Source: a virus
Length of the DNA stretch: 64,000 bases
Reading direction: 5' to 3' (one strand)
Virus record (IMG/VR): IMGVR_UViG_3300013006_001433
Location: 14,159 to 78,158 of that record
Position numbers and translations under genes: made by a program. The notes below the pieces were generated by a model. That model saw only the letters and a list, made by a program, of their open reading frames with translations, was not told the origin of the DNA and did not search any database. Positions 9,557 through 19,578 of this stretch are shown here, in pieces; positions within the stretch are counted from its first letter, which is position 1; each line of letters starts with the position of its first letter.

Positions 9557-10857
9557 ATAATATTCTAAATTTGGTTAAATCTTATATAGATAATAAACCT
9601 AATACTTGGGAACCTGGAAAAGACTGGGTCCAATATGCTGGACCATTTTTTGATTCTACGGAATATACTTCAGCAATTAGTACGCTATTAAATGGGTGGT
9701 TAGTACTTGGAGAAAAAGGCATTTCATTTGAAAATCAATTTCCTAAACTTTTAAATAAAGAATATGGAATATTAACTAATAGCGGAAGTAGTTCAAATTT
9801 AATAATGATGTCAGCAATGAAATCAAAAAGATTATATAATTTTCCAAATGGAACAAAAGTAATTACTCCAATCGCTGGATTCCCAACCACAATAAACCCT
9901 ATATTTCAAGTTGGATTTACCCCAGCTTTTGTAGACATCGACTTAGATACTCTTAATTTAAACTTAGATCAAGTAGAACAACAAGCCAAAAATGGTGCAA
10001 AAATTATTACATTCGCTCATGTATTAGGCAATCCACCAAATATGAGAAGACTTATGGATATTATAAAAGAATATAATTTAATCCTACTAGAAGATTGTTG
10101 TGACGCTTTAGGATCAACATACGACAATAAACCTCTTGGTAGTTTTGGAGAATTCGCTAGCTGTTCATTTTATCCAGCACATCATATGACAATGGGAGAA
10201 GGTGGGTTCATAGCATGTAACACTTATAATCAAGAAGTTGTAATTAGAAGTTTTAGAGAATGGGGAAGAGGATGCTATTGTGTTGGTAAAAAAGCTAATC
10301 TATTAAAAAATGGCACATGTAAAAATAGATTTTCTAATTGGTTGCCCTCTATACCAGATGAAATTTTTGATCATAAATATATCTATGATGAAATTGGTTA
10401 TAATTTAAAACCTATAGAATTACAAGCAGCAATAGGGTTATGCCAAATGAAAAAGCTTCCAGAAATTCATACTCGTAGAAAATTAAATCATATGAGATTA
10501 GTTAAAATATTTAGTGAGTTTGAAGAATATTTTATATTACCAAAAGCTACAGACTGGGCAGATCCAAGTTGGTTTGCTTTTGCGTTAACCATTAAAGATA
10601 ATGCACCATTCAAAAGGAAAGATATTGTACATTATCTTGAAGATAACAAAATACAAACAAGACCATATTTTGCTGGTAATATTATGTTGCAACCAGCTTA
10701 TGATGGACTTATGGATAAAAATGAAGTAATTAATAAATTTCCAGTATCAAGAAAAGTAACAACTGACACTTTCTTTCTTGGTACAAGTCCAGTTATAGGA
10801 GAAAAACAATTAGATTATATAGAAAATACAGTATATAATTATTTCAAAACATTATGA
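9544..10857 (+). CDS. rfbH: NDP-4-keto-6-deoxyglucose 3-dehydratase (RfbH/DdhC, PMP and [2Fe-2S] type)
   Basis: NSGSSSNL, FAHVLGNP, EDCCDALG, SFYPAHHMTMGEGG (His replaces Schiff-base Lys), WGRGCYC...TC, DHKY...IGYNLK. Confidence 0.9.
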   Translation: MEDLNNILNLVKSYIDNKPNTWEPGKDWVQYAGPFFDSTEYTSAISTLLNGWLVLGEKGISFENQFPKLLNKEYGILTNSGSSSNLIMMSAMKSKRLYNFPNGTKVITPIAGFPTTINPIFQVGFTPAFVDIDLDTLNLNLDQVEQQAKNGAKIITFAHVLGNPPNMRRLMDIIKEYNLILLEDCCDALGSTYDNKPLGSFGEFASCSFYPAHHMTMGEGGFIACNTYNQEVVIRSFREWGRGCYCVGKKANLLKNGTCKNRFSNWLPSIPDEIFDHKYIYDEIGYNLKPIELQAAIGLCQMKKLPEIHTRRKLNHMRLVKIFSEFEEYFILPKATDWADPSWFAFALTIKDNAPFKRKDIVHYLEDNKIQTRPYFAGNIMLQPAYDGLMDKNEVINKFPVSRKVTTDTFFLGTSPVIGEKQLDYIENTVYNYFKTL

Positions 10858-11807
10858 AAGTAGTATACATAACAGGATGCCTTGGTTTTATAGGTTCTTA
10901 TATAACTAGATTATCCTTAAATAAGGGTTGGCATGTTAAAGGCGTAGATAAAATAACATACGCCGCAAACCAAGATCTTCTTAAAGAGTTTAATAAGTAT
11001 CCAAATTTTTCATTTGTTCATTGTGATATAAATGATCTTAAGTTTTTGTACGATTGCGATTATATTATCAATACCGCAGCAGAAACTCATGTTGGCAACT
11101 CAATAAGCAATAGTGACGATTTTATACATTCAAATATTGATGGTGTGCATAATTTATTAGAATTAATTAGAAACTACAGACAAGAGCATACAACTGTTCC
11201 TACTTTAATACATTTTAGTACAGATGAAGTTTATGGAGATGTTGATCATGGAGCGCATACAGAGAAAGACCTATTGAAACCATCAAATCCATATTCAGCA
11301 ACAAAAGCAGCCGCAGACATGTTAATCTTAGCATGGGCAAGAACTTATAAAACAAACTATATAATTGTAAGACCAACGAACAATTATGGAATTGGTCAAT
11401 ATGTAGAAAAGCTTATTCCTAAAGCATGCAAGTATTTAAATTTAGGCAGAAAAATACCATTACATAATTCTGGATCACCCATTAGAAATTGGCTTCATGC
11501 AGAAGATACCGCAAATGCAATTATAAAAATTATTGAAAGTAATGTTAAAAATGAAATATATAATATTGCAGGTGGATTTGAACAATCAAATCTTGATACA
11601 GTCAAAAAAATCTTAGAGATATATCTGAATACAAAAGATTTTAATTTAGTAGATTACATAGATCTTTCATATTCTAGACAAGGACAAGACGTTAGATATG
11701 CTCTAGACGACACCAAATTAAGAAGTTTAAATTGGAAATCGAATAAAGTCTTTGACGAGGAAATAAAAAGCATAGTTGATTATTACAATAATAAATTTAT
11801 ATGGTAA
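10854..11807 (+). CDS. NDP-glucose 4,6-dehydratase (RmlB-like SDR)
   Basis: TGCLGFIG, DKITYA, AAETHV, STDEVYG, YSATK, RPTNNYG, RNWLH, R-GQDVRY. Confidence 0.88.
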   Translation: MKVVYITGCLGFIGSYITRLSLNKGWHVKGVDKITYAANQDLLKEFNKYPNFSFVHCDINDLKFLYDCDYIINTAAETHVGNSISNSDDFIHSNIDGVHNLLELIRNYRQEHTTVPTLIHFSTDEVYGDVDHGAHTEKDLLKPSNPYSATKAAADMLILAWARTYKTNYIIVRPTNNYGIGQYVEKLIPKACKYLNLGRKIPLHNSGSPIRNWLHAEDTANAIIKIIESNVKNEIYNIAGGFEQSNLDTVKKILEIYLNTKDFNLVDYIDLSYSRQGQDVRYALDDTKLRSLNWKSNKVFDEEIKSIVDYYNNKFIW

Positions 11808-12427
11808 AAGAAGATTTAATAAATTTTGAAAAAGAAATAGCTGATCTATTTAATTCTGGTCAGATAAAATCTCCAGTTCATCTTTATTCTGGAAACGAAG
11901 ATCTTATGATCGAAATTTTTAAAAACATTGATATTGAGAATGATTGGGTATGTTCCGCATGGCGTAACCATTATCAAGGTTTATTAAAAGGAATACCTCA
12001 AGACATATTAAAGCAAAATATTATACAAGGTAAATCTATGGTAGCTAATTTACCACAATATAAATTTATATGCAGTTCTATAGTTGGAGGGATTCCTTCA
12101 ATTGCAGCGGGTATTGCGATGTCAATTAAAGTTAAAAATAAAACTAATAAGGTTTGGTGTTGGGTTGGCGACATGTCTTCTGAAACTGGCGCTTTTCATG
12201 AGGCTTACAAATATAGTTTAAATCATGATCTTCCAATTACATTTATAATTGAGGATAACAAGAAATCGGTATGTTCGCCAACTCAAAGGATTTGGAACAG
12301 AGAAAAGCCATATTATTTAGATAAAGATTATACTGGAGGTCTATTAGTTCAAAAAAATTTAATATACTACCAATATGACAATCAAAAATATCCTCATGCT
12401 GGAGCAGGGAAAAGAGTACAGTTTTAA
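11801..12427 (+). CDS. TPP-dependent enzyme, E1-alpha-like subunit (probable sugar C-branching)
   Basis: PVHLYSGNE, WRNH, SSIVGG, GDMS...EDN TPP-binding motif, YPHAG. Located inside the sugar operon. Confidence 0.8.
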   Translation: MVKEDLINFEKEIADLFNSGQIKSPVHLYSGNEDLMIEIFKNIDIENDWVCSAWRNHYQGLLKGIPQDILKQNIIQGKSMVANLPQYKFICSSIVGGIPSIAAGIAMSIKVKNKTNKVWCWVGDMSSETGAFHEAYKYSLNHDLPITFIIEDNKKSVCSPTQRIWNREKPYYLDKDYTGGLLVQKNLIYYQYDNQKYPHAGAGKRVQF

Positions 12428-12431
12428 TTTT

Positions 12432-12968
12432 ATGAAATACTTTGAAGAACTTAAAAAAGCAATGACCATGCTATCTGAGCATCCCGATACTCTTTTTATA
12501 GGACAATCCATAGAATATGAGGGAACTGGTCTTTATGATTCGTTAACTCATATACCAGCTCATAAAAAAATAGAACTACCAGTAGCAGAATATCTTCAAG
12601 CGGGCCTAGCGAATGGAATGGCAATAGAAGGTATAATTCCAATATCTACTTATCCAAGATGGAATTTTTTATTAATGGCAACAGATCAAATAGTAAATCA
12701 TTCAGATAAATTCAAAGAAATGTCAAATGGAAAATGTCTTCCTAAATTAATAATTCGCGTTGCGGTTGGTAGCGAAAGGCCAATAGATCCACAATGTCAA
12801 CATAAAGGAAATTTTTCAGAAGCATTTAGACTGATGATGAACAATACAGAAATAATTGAATTGAAAGAACCAGAAGAAATTTTGCCAGCATATATAAAAG
12901 CATTAAATAGAAATGATGGAGTTATTACAATACTTGTAGAATTTGCAGATTACTCAAAAGAAAAATAA
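12432..12968 (+). CDS. TPP-dependent enzyme, E1-beta/transketolase pyrimidine-binding subunit (short)
   Basis: FIGQ, ELPVAE..Q.G.A.G.A, DQIVNH, PQCQH. Likely start MKYFEEL at 12432. Lacks the C-terminal transketolase domain. Confidence 0.8.
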   Translation: MKYFEELKKAMTMLSEHPDTLFIGQSIEYEGTGLYDSLTHIPAHKKIELPVAEYLQAGLANGMAIEGIIPISTYPRWNFLLMATDQIVNHSDKFKEMSNGKCLPKLIIRVAVGSERPIDPQCQHKGNFSEAFRLMMNNTEIIELKEPEEILPAYIKALNRNDGVITILVEFADYSKEK

Positions 12969-12983
12969 CTTTTACAAATTAAT

Positions 12984-13814
12984 ATGAAAATTTTTTTAAC
13001 TGGAAGTAATGGTTATATAGCTAAAAATATATACGAATACTTTAAAGATCGATATGTTTTCTTTCTAGCTAACAGAGAATCAGTAGATCTTACAAACATA
13101 AATGATTTGAAAAACAAAATAACAAATTTTAAGCCAGATATAATTATTCATACAGCAATAGAAGGAGGCAGGAGAAATGAAGCTGATACAGCAGATATGG
13201 CTTATAGGAATATATTGATTTTTGAAAATTTAATATCCTTTAAAGAGCAAGTTAAATTTATTTTTAATATTGGATCTGGAGCAGAATTTGATAGGTCTAG
13301 AAATATTTCTTACGCAAATGAAGAGGATATATTTTCTGTATTACCAATTGATTATTATGGATTTTCTAAAAATTTAATATCAAGAAAGATAAATATTTTA
13401 AATTCAAATATAATAAATTTAAGAATATTTGGCATCTTTAATCATAAAGAATTAGTCTCTAGATTTATAAAAACTAATATTTTGAAAATTCACGAAAACG
13501 AAGAACCAATTATACATGAAAATAAATATATGGATTATATATACATGGACGATTTTTTAGAAGCATTAAAATATTACTTAAATATTGAAAAACCAAAATA
13601 CAAAGATATTAATATATGTTACGAAAAAAAATATAAGTTAACAGATTTAATTAATTTAATATATATAAATTTTAATAAAAAACAAAGAATAGATCAATAT
13701 ATGGTAAATGGATTAAGTTATACTGGAAATGGATCTAAAATAAATTCTTTAAATTTGCCATTTAAAGGAATAGAATATGGTATGAAGGAAATGATTAAAA
13801 ATATTATAAAATGA
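12984..13814 (+). CDS. NAD-dependent epimerase/reductase (extended SDR)
   Basis: TGSNGYIA, GSGAEFD, YGFSK, LRIFGIF. Confidence 0.85.
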   Translation: MKIFLTGSNGYIAKNIYEYFKDRYVFFLANRESVDLTNINDLKNKITNFKPDIIIHTAIEGGRRNEADTADMAYRNILIFENLISFKEQVKFIFNIGSGAEFDRSRNISYANEEDIFSVLPIDYYGFSKNLISRKINILNSNIINLRIFGIFNHKELVSRFIKTNILKIHENEEPIIHENKYMDYIYMDDFLEALKYYLNIEKPKYKDINICYEKKYKLTDLINLIYINFNKKQRIDQYMVNGLSYTGNGSKINSLNLPFKGIEYGMKEMIKNIIK

Positions 13815-14611
13815 AAAATACAGCCTGCTTCTTCTACTCAGACTCAGAAAAATATTCAAAATTACTAGAATGCGCAATGAACAGCTTTGAAAAATTTCAT
13901 CCAGATATACCGATTATTCTATTAACAAGAAAAGACCCAAATATTTATCAAGCAGTAGATAAATTTCAGCAAGCATTAAATATATGTTTGTATAATAATT
14001 ATGAAAAGGCAATTTTTCTTGGTGCGGATACTATAACATGCTCAAGGCTTGATGAGTTTCTAGAATCCGAAGAGGACATACTTGCCACGTTAGATTATCC
14101 TTATAGATTAGTTACAAAATATGTAGCAACTCCAGATGATCAAACACATGTCAACGCTGATGTATTATGTATTAATAATTTATCATTTATGTACAAACTT
14201 TGTGAGATAACCACGAAATGTCCAACAGAATATTGGGAACAAGGAGCACTCAATCAAATAATTTGGAATAGAATTAATAATTATTCTTGTAGAATAATAG
14301 ATGCGCCGTATAATACATCAAAAATTATCTATAATACCAGAGCAAAAGGAAATATAATTGCGCAATCTGGAGAAAAGCCATGGCATAATTATACCCAGCA
14401 TTGGAAAGTCTCGGATAATAAACTATACTCGCATGACAATAAACAAATTAAAGTTTTTCATTATTGCGAAGGTCTTGGCACACTTAATAATGATAAATTT
14501 GAAGAGATAATAAATTACTGGATAGATACAGCTTTTAATAAAGAAAGCAAAGCATTTTTTGAAGAATATTGTAATTGCGGTGATTTTTTTAAAAAGCAAT
14601 TCAAAATATGA
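13811..14611 (+). CDS. GT-A (GT8-like) glycosyltransferase
   Basis: FLGADT (DxD variant), HVNAD, EQGALN, FHYC pattern resembling GT8. Confidence 0.55.
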   Translation: MKNTACFFYSDSEKYSKLLECAMNSFEKFHPDIPIILLTRKDPNIYQAVDKFQQALNICLYNNYEKAIFLGADTITCSRLDEFLESEEDILATLDYPYRLVTKYVATPDDQTHVNADVLCINNLSFMYKLCEITTKCPTEYWEQGALNQIIWNRINNYSCRIIDAPYNTSKIIYNTRAKGNIIAQSGEKPWHNYTQHWKVSDNKLYSHDNKQIKVFHYCEGLGTLNNDKFEEIINYWIDTAFNKESKAFFEEYCNCGDFFKKQFKI

Positions 14612-15525
14612 AGATTTTAATAACTGGTGGAACAAGCATGGTCGGGAAACACCTTAAAAAGTATTTACCTAATGCAATTTATTTATCCAGCAAAGATTGC
14701 GATTTATTTGATAGCAAAAAAACTAGAGAACTTATATTAGATACAAAACCTAATAAAGTAGTGCATTTAGCCGCGAAAGTTGGCGGAATAATGGACAACA
14801 TATCTAACCCAGTAGGATTTTTTGAAGATAATATATTTATGAATACAAATGTTTTAAAATATTCATATGAAGCAAAAGTAGATCAATTCATTGGTATTCT
14901 CAGCACATGCATCTATCCAGATCAAGTTTCAGATAATCTCTATCCAATGAAAGAAGATTTATTGCATTTGGGACCACCAACTCCAACTAACTTTTCTTAT
15001 GGCTACGCTAAAAGATGCTTGGCCGTTCAAATTGATGCTTATAATAAACAATTTAATACAAACTACAATTATCTAACGCCTTGCAATTTATATTCAGAGC
15101 ACGATCATTTTGAAGGAAATAAAGCTCATTTCTTATCTAGCTTAATTCATAAGATTTATCAGGCTAAAATTAATAATACCAAAGAAATTAATTTAATGGG
15201 CTCTGGATCCCCTTTAAGGCAATTTATGTATGCGGATGATTTAGCCAGAGTAATACATTTATTTATTGAAAATAACATTATTGAAAATTGTAACGTATGC
15301 ACAGATGAAGTTAAAACTATTAAAGAAATTGCAGAAATAGCCTTAAAAGCTTGCGATGCTTCGGATATTGATTTGGTATGGGATACTACTAAGCCAGATG
15401 GTCAATACAGAAAAGATGCATCTTCAGATAAACTATTAAACATTTTTAAAGATTTTAAATTTACTTTTTTAGAGAATGGAATCAAAAACACATATAATCA
15501 ATATGTGGAAGCTAAACGAGTCTAA
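14608..15525 (+). CDS. fcl: GDP-L-fucose synthase-like epimerase/reductase (Fcl/ColC)
   Basis: HLAAKVGGI, LSTCIYP, YGYAKR, PCNLY, GSGSPLRQFMY, KPDGQ. Confidence 0.88.
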   Translation: MKILITGGTSMVGKHLKKYLPNAIYLSSKDCDLFDSKKTRELILDTKPNKVVHLAAKVGGIMDNISNPVGFFEDNIFMNTNVLKYSYEAKVDQFIGILSTCIYPDQVSDNLYPMKEDLLHLGPPTPTNFSYGYAKRCLAVQIDAYNKQFNTNYNYLTPCNLYSEHDHFEGNKAHFLSSLIHKIYQAKINNTKEINLMGSGSPLRQFMYADDLARVIHLFIENNIIENCNVCTDEVKTIKEIAEIALKACDASDIDLVWDTTKPDGQYRKDASSDKLLNIFKDFKFTFLENGIKNTYNQYVEAKRV

Positions 15526-16648
15526 CTTTACTTTAAAAGATAAGTGTAAAATAGCCAAATTCTTCTTTCAAAAGAAAGATATGTGGACTATGGGCGATCA
15601 AGTTAAAACATTTGAACGCAAAATGGCGAAATTTGCTAGTTCAAAATATGCTGTATTTGTAGCGAATGGTTCAGTTGCTAATACTTTAATAGCCATGTAT
15701 CTAAAAGACAAAGTATATAAACCAAATAAAAATATAATAGTATTTCCATCTACAACGTGGGTCACATCGGTTTCGCCATTCATCAGAGAAGGTTTTACCC
15801 CAGAATTTATTGATATTAACCTAGATGATTGGTCAATTGACTTAAACAGCCTAGAAAAATTTTTAAAATCTAAAGCTGAACATGTAGCTTGCATTTTTAT
15901 CACAAGCCTTCTTGGGTATACTCCAAATATTAATAAAATCAAAGAATTATCAGAAAAATACAAGGTAAAAGTAATGATGGATAATTGCGAAAATACTTTT
16001 GGCGAATTTGAAAATAAAAATGTTAGTTCTTTTTTTACTTCTACGACTAGCACTTACTTTGGGCATCAACTGCAAAGCGTTGAAGGTGGTTTTGTTTTTA
16101 CGGATTGCAAGGATGAATATGAATATTTTTTAATGGCAAGGAATCACGGCATGTCAAGAAGCGTGCCAGATCCAAAGCCTTTTCTAAATAAAAATGTAGA
16201 TTCAAGATTTGATTTTCATTTATTAGGCAATAATTTCAGAAACACTAATATTCACGCATTTATTGGGCTTCTAGACTTTGAAAGAATATCATTTTATATA
16301 GAAGAAAGAATTAAAATATACAAATACTACGAAAGCAAATATCAACACGCAGATTTATTACCTAAATATTTTGATGACAGACTGCATGTACCATTTTGTA
16401 TACCAATTATTTGCAAAAGCAAAGAAGAAAGAGATAAGGCTTTAGAGTTTTGCAGATATAATCATATTGAAACAAGACCTATAATTTCTGGCAATTTACT
16501 AAAACAAACATGTTTTCAAAAATATGGAGATTATAAAAAATATAAAAATAGCGAATTTTTGGATCAATACGCTTTTTACGTTGGCCTTCATAGTAAAGTA
16601 AATAAAAATATTTTAGATAAACTGCTAAAATATCTCAATAATATCTAA
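15503..16648 (+). CDS. PLP-dependent GDP-4-keto-6-deoxymannose 3-dehydratase (ColD-like, DegT family)
   Basis: TMG..V..FE, NGSVAN, DNCENTFG, STYFGHQLQSVEGG (His at the Lys position as in ColD), RNHG, G.NFR, ETRPIISGN. Lies between fcl and gmd. Confidence 0.8.
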   Translation: MWKLNESNFTLKDKCKIAKFFFQKKDMWTMGDQVKTFERKMAKFASSKYAVFVANGSVANTLIAMYLKDKVYKPNKNIIVFPSTTWVTSVSPFIREGFTPEFIDINLDDWSIDLNSLEKFLKSKAEHVACIFITSLLGYTPNINKIKELSEKYKVKVMMDNCENTFGEFENKNVSSFFTSTTSTYFGHQLQSVEGGFVFTDCKDEYEYFLMARNHGMSRSVPDPKPFLNKNVDSRFDFHLLGNNFRNTNIHAFIGLLDFERISFYIEERIKIYKYYESKYQHADLLPKYFDDRLHVPFCIPIICKSKEERDKALEFCRYNHIETRPIISGNLLKQTCFQKYGDYKKYKNSEFLDQYAFYVGLHSKVNKNILDKLLKYLNNI

Positions 16649-16649
16649 T

Positions 16650-17702
16650 ATGAAGAAAATTATTATAACTGGTGTTAGTGGTCAAGACGGTTCTTATATG
16701 GCGGAACATTGTTTAGCTTTGGGGCATAAAGTCTACGGGATAGTAAGAAGGTCATCTAATCCAAATTATAGTAATTTAATTAATGTAATTAATAATGCTA
16801 ATTTTAAATTTGTTTATGCAGATTTATCTGATTTTTCATCCATTGAAAATGCAATAAGAGAAATAGAACCAGATTATTTTATTAATTTTGCCGCTCAATC
16901 TTATGTAGGCGCAAGCTGGGTAATGCCAGAGCAAACATTTGATATTACTGCCATGGGTGTTTTAAGATGTCTAGAAGCTATTAGAAAAAATTCTACAAAA
17001 TGTAAATTCTATAGTGCTGGATCTAGCGAAGAAATGGGAAATGTTGAATACAGCCCACAGGATCTTAAGCATCCATTGAAACCAAGATCTCCATATGGAG
17101 CAGCAAAAGCAGCTGCTAGACATATAACTAAAGTTTATAGAGAGTCTTATAATTTATATGCAATTCACTGTATTTTATATAATCATGAAAGCGAAAGACG
17201 AGGAGAAGAATTTGTAACTAGAAAAATAACAAAAGGCGTAGCAAGAATTAATTATGCCTTAAAAAATAAACTACCATTCGAACCAATTGAATTAGGAAAT
17301 TTAGATTCAAAAAGAGATTGGAGCCATGCTAAAGATTTTGTTGAAGGAATATGGGAAATGCTTAATCAAGAATCTCCAAAGGAATATATTCTTTCTTCAA
17401 ATGAAACTCATAGTATCAGAGAATTTGTAGAAAAATCATTTAAAAATATTGGTATTGATGGACATTGGATTTATATAAATGATGGCAGACCAGAAGACGA
17501 AGGATATTATCTAAAAGATAATAATGGCAATCATGTACTATTGGTTAAAGTTAATCCCAAATTTTATAGGCCAGCAGAAGTCGATCTATTATTAGGAGAC
17601 TCTTCTTTAGCTAGACAAGAGCTAAATTGGGAGCCTAAAATTTCATTTGACAATCTAGTAAAAAGAATGGTAGAATGGGACGTTGAAAATTACAAACCAT
17701 AA
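16650..17702 (+). CDS. gmd: GDP-mannose 4,6-dehydratase
   Basis: TGVSGQDGSY, AAQSYV, SSEE, PRSPYGAAK, NHESERRGEEFVTRKI, LGNLDSKRDW, RPAEVDLLLGD. Confidence 0.95.
   Translation: MKKIIITGVSGQDGSYMAEHCLALGHKVYGIVRRSSNPNYSNLINVINNANFKFVYADLSDFSSIENAIREIEPDYFINFAAQSYVGASWVMPEQTFDITAMGVLRCLEAIRKNSTKCKFYSAGSSEEMGNVEYSPQDLKHPLKPRSPYGAAKAAARHITKVYRESYNLYAIHCILYNHESERRGEEFVTRKITKGVARINYALKNKLPFEPIELGNLDSKRDWSHAKDFVEGIWEMLNQESPKEYILSSNETHSIREFVEKSFKNIGIDGHWIYINDGRPEDEGYYLKDNNGNHVLLVKVNPKFYRPAEVDLLLGDSSLARQELNWEPKISFDNLVKRMVEWDVENYKP
17647..17676 (+). promoter_or_regulatory. sigma70-type promoter inside the 3' end of gmd, driving the recombination genes
   Basis: TTGACA-18nt-TAGAAT with TGn extension. 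The TTG start of the next ORF lies 6 nt downstream. Confidence 0.6.
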
Positions 17703-18024
17703 GCTTTGCCAATTTATAATTAAAAAATACATTAAAGAAAAAGTTAATTGGCCAAGAGAAATTAAAATAGCTCAAAAACTTACTAAAATATATAAAAGTT
17801 ATTCCTATTGGAATAATTTAAAAGATTTAAAATTACCTAGTCTAGCTTGGTTCTTAACACAAGAAGGAAAATGCTTTATGGCTACAGAAGCTATAAAAGA
17901 TAAAGTAGTTATATCTAAACCTCAAAAATACAAATTAGAAGAAAATAAAATAGGTGAAGATAAAAAAGTTTGCCAAAAGCCCAAAAGCCTGTTAGAATTT
18001 ATTACATATGGCAAAAAAATCTAA
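17683..18024 (+). CDS. hypothetical basic protein
   Basis: 113-aa ORF with TTG start filling the gap between gmd and recA. Confidence 0.6.
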   Translation: MKITNHKLCQFIIKKYIKEKVNWPREIKIAQKLTKIYKSYSYWNNLKDLKLPSLAWFLTQEGKCFMATEAIKDKVVISKPQKYKLEENKIGEDKKVCQKPKSLLEFITYGKKI

Positions 18025-19150
18025 AGAAGAAATTATTGAATCATCTGGCCCCAGTGCATCAGATAGGCTATTATCGTTTTTAAAAGACAATAAAGAAGAT
18101 CATTATAATTTTGAAGATGAGGTATATTATAAGGTATCTACTGGTAGTTTAAACCTGGATATCGCTACGGGTGGTGGTTTATGCCCAGGTTTGCATAGAT
18201 TTATCGGAATGAATGAAGGTGGTAAAACTTCAGAAGCACTTGAAGTTACGAAGAACTTTCTTAAGTCAGTAGAAAGTTCTAGAGCCTTGCTTTTTAAAGC
18301 GGAAGGAAGATTAAGCAAAGAGATCAAAGAACGTTCTGGAATTAAATTTGTAACTGACCCTAAAGAATGGGTCGATGGAACTTGCTTTGTATTTGAATGC
18401 AATATTTTTGAAACCGTTTCGGAATTAATGAAAGATCTTATTCAATCTAATGATGAAAATAAAAGATACATATTTATTCTTGACTCGGTTGACGGATTAA
18501 TGACGAAGGGTGATTCTCAAAAAAGCATGACAGAGGCAACAAAAGTCGCAGGAGGAGCGGTTATCTCATCAATGTTAATGAAGAAAATTTCCCTTGCTCT
18601 TTCTAAGCGTGGTCATATGGCTATTTTTATCAGTCAGGTTAGATCAGATATTAAACTAGATCCTTATGCTGCAAATAAAGATATTCGTCAAACTACAGCT
18701 ACTGGTGGAAATGCATTATTACATTTCGCTAATTGGATTCTGGAATTTGAACCAAAGTTTAATAAAGATCTTATTCTTGAAAAGCCAAATGAAAAATATG
18801 ACGCAGTAAAGAATAAAATTATTGGACACAATGTTAAGATCGCAATCAAAAAATCAACTAATGAATCTACAAATTCAAAAGTTCAATATCCAATTAAATA
18901 TGGCCGAAAAGATGGTTCATCAGTTTGGAAAGAGTACGAAGTAATTGATCAAATTCTTTCTTGGGAATTTGCATCAGCTAAAGGAGCATGGGTAACATTC
19001 TCAGATGAAATCATTGCCGAACTAAAAGAACAAAATTTAGAACTTAAAAAACAACACCAAGGTATAGACAATCTAAGATCTTATTTAGAAGAAAATAAAC
19101 CAATTGTTGATTATTTTTATAATAAATTTATTCAAACTCTTGCGTCATGA
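18008..19150 (+). CDS. recA: RecA/UvsX-like recombinase
   Basis: STGSLNLDIATGGGL, Walker A GMNEGGKTS, ILDSVDGL, ISQVR, TGGNALLHFA, KGAW. Confidence 0.9.
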   Translation: MAKKSKEEIIESSGPSASDRLLSFLKDNKEDHYNFEDEVYYKVSTGSLNLDIATGGGLCPGLHRFIGMNEGGKTSEALEVTKNFLKSVESSRALLFKAEGRLSKEIKERSGIKFVTDPKEWVDGTCFVFECNIFETVSELMKDLIQSNDENKRYIFILDSVDGLMTKGDSQKSMTEATKVAGGAVISSMLMKKISLALSKRGHMAIFISQVRSDIKLDPYAANKDIRQTTATGGNALLHFANWILEFEPKFNKDLILEKPNEKYDAVKNKIIGHNVKIAIKKSTNESTNSKVQYPIKYGRKDGSSVWKEYEVIDQILSWEFASAKGAWVTFSDEIIAELKEQNLELKKQHQGIDNLRSYLEENKPIVDYFYNKFIQTLAS

Positions 19151-19566
19151 GATTATTAAATGTTAACGGAACTCTCGTTAACAAAAATGTAAGTAAATAT
19201 CTAGTAAATTGGAATGGAAAATGCAGAAGTAAACTGCAATTTAAATTCAAACAATTCTTTTATCCTTACTGGAAGAATCACATTGTATATGAAGAGTTTC
19301 CAGTTTATGGAAGCATGCTTAAAGTTGATTTATTAAATGCAACAAAAAAGATAGCAGTTGAGATACAAGGCGATCAACATGAATCATTTAACAAATTCTT
19401 CCATGATAATTCTAGATTTAAATACCTTCAAAGCATTAAAAGAGATGTTAAAAAAGAAAAATGGCTTGAAATGAATGAATTTAAATTCCTTCAAGTCTAC
19501 GAATCTGATTTAAAAACTTTATCACCACAATATATAGAAGAAAAGTGTGGAATTTTAATTATTTAA
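19147..19566 (+). CDS. DUF559/Vsr-like PD-(D/E)XK endonuclease
   Basis: EEF...VD...IAVEIQG.QH...RD..K pattern. Confidence 0.7.
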   Translation: MRLLNVNGTLVNKNVSKYLVNWNGKCRSKLQFKFKQFFYPYWKNHIVYEEFPVYGSMLKVDLLNATKKIAVEIQGDQHESFNKFFHDNSRFKYLQSIKRDVKKEKWLEMNEFKFLQVYESDLKTLSPQYIEEKCGILII

Positions 19567-19578
19567 GTGTAAAATTAG

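Noticed and set aside
11801-12968. Pyruvate dehydrogenase auxiliary metabolic genes
   Set aside because: The subunits are truncated, there is no E2/E3, and they lie inside a nucleotide-sugar operon. Sugar branching is more plausible.
6161-17702. Bacterial O-antigen locus / chimeric contig
   Set aside because: No wzx, wzy, wzz or ABC transporter. Composition, gene coupling and promoter style match the flanking phage genes, and gmd overlaps the next phage ORF.
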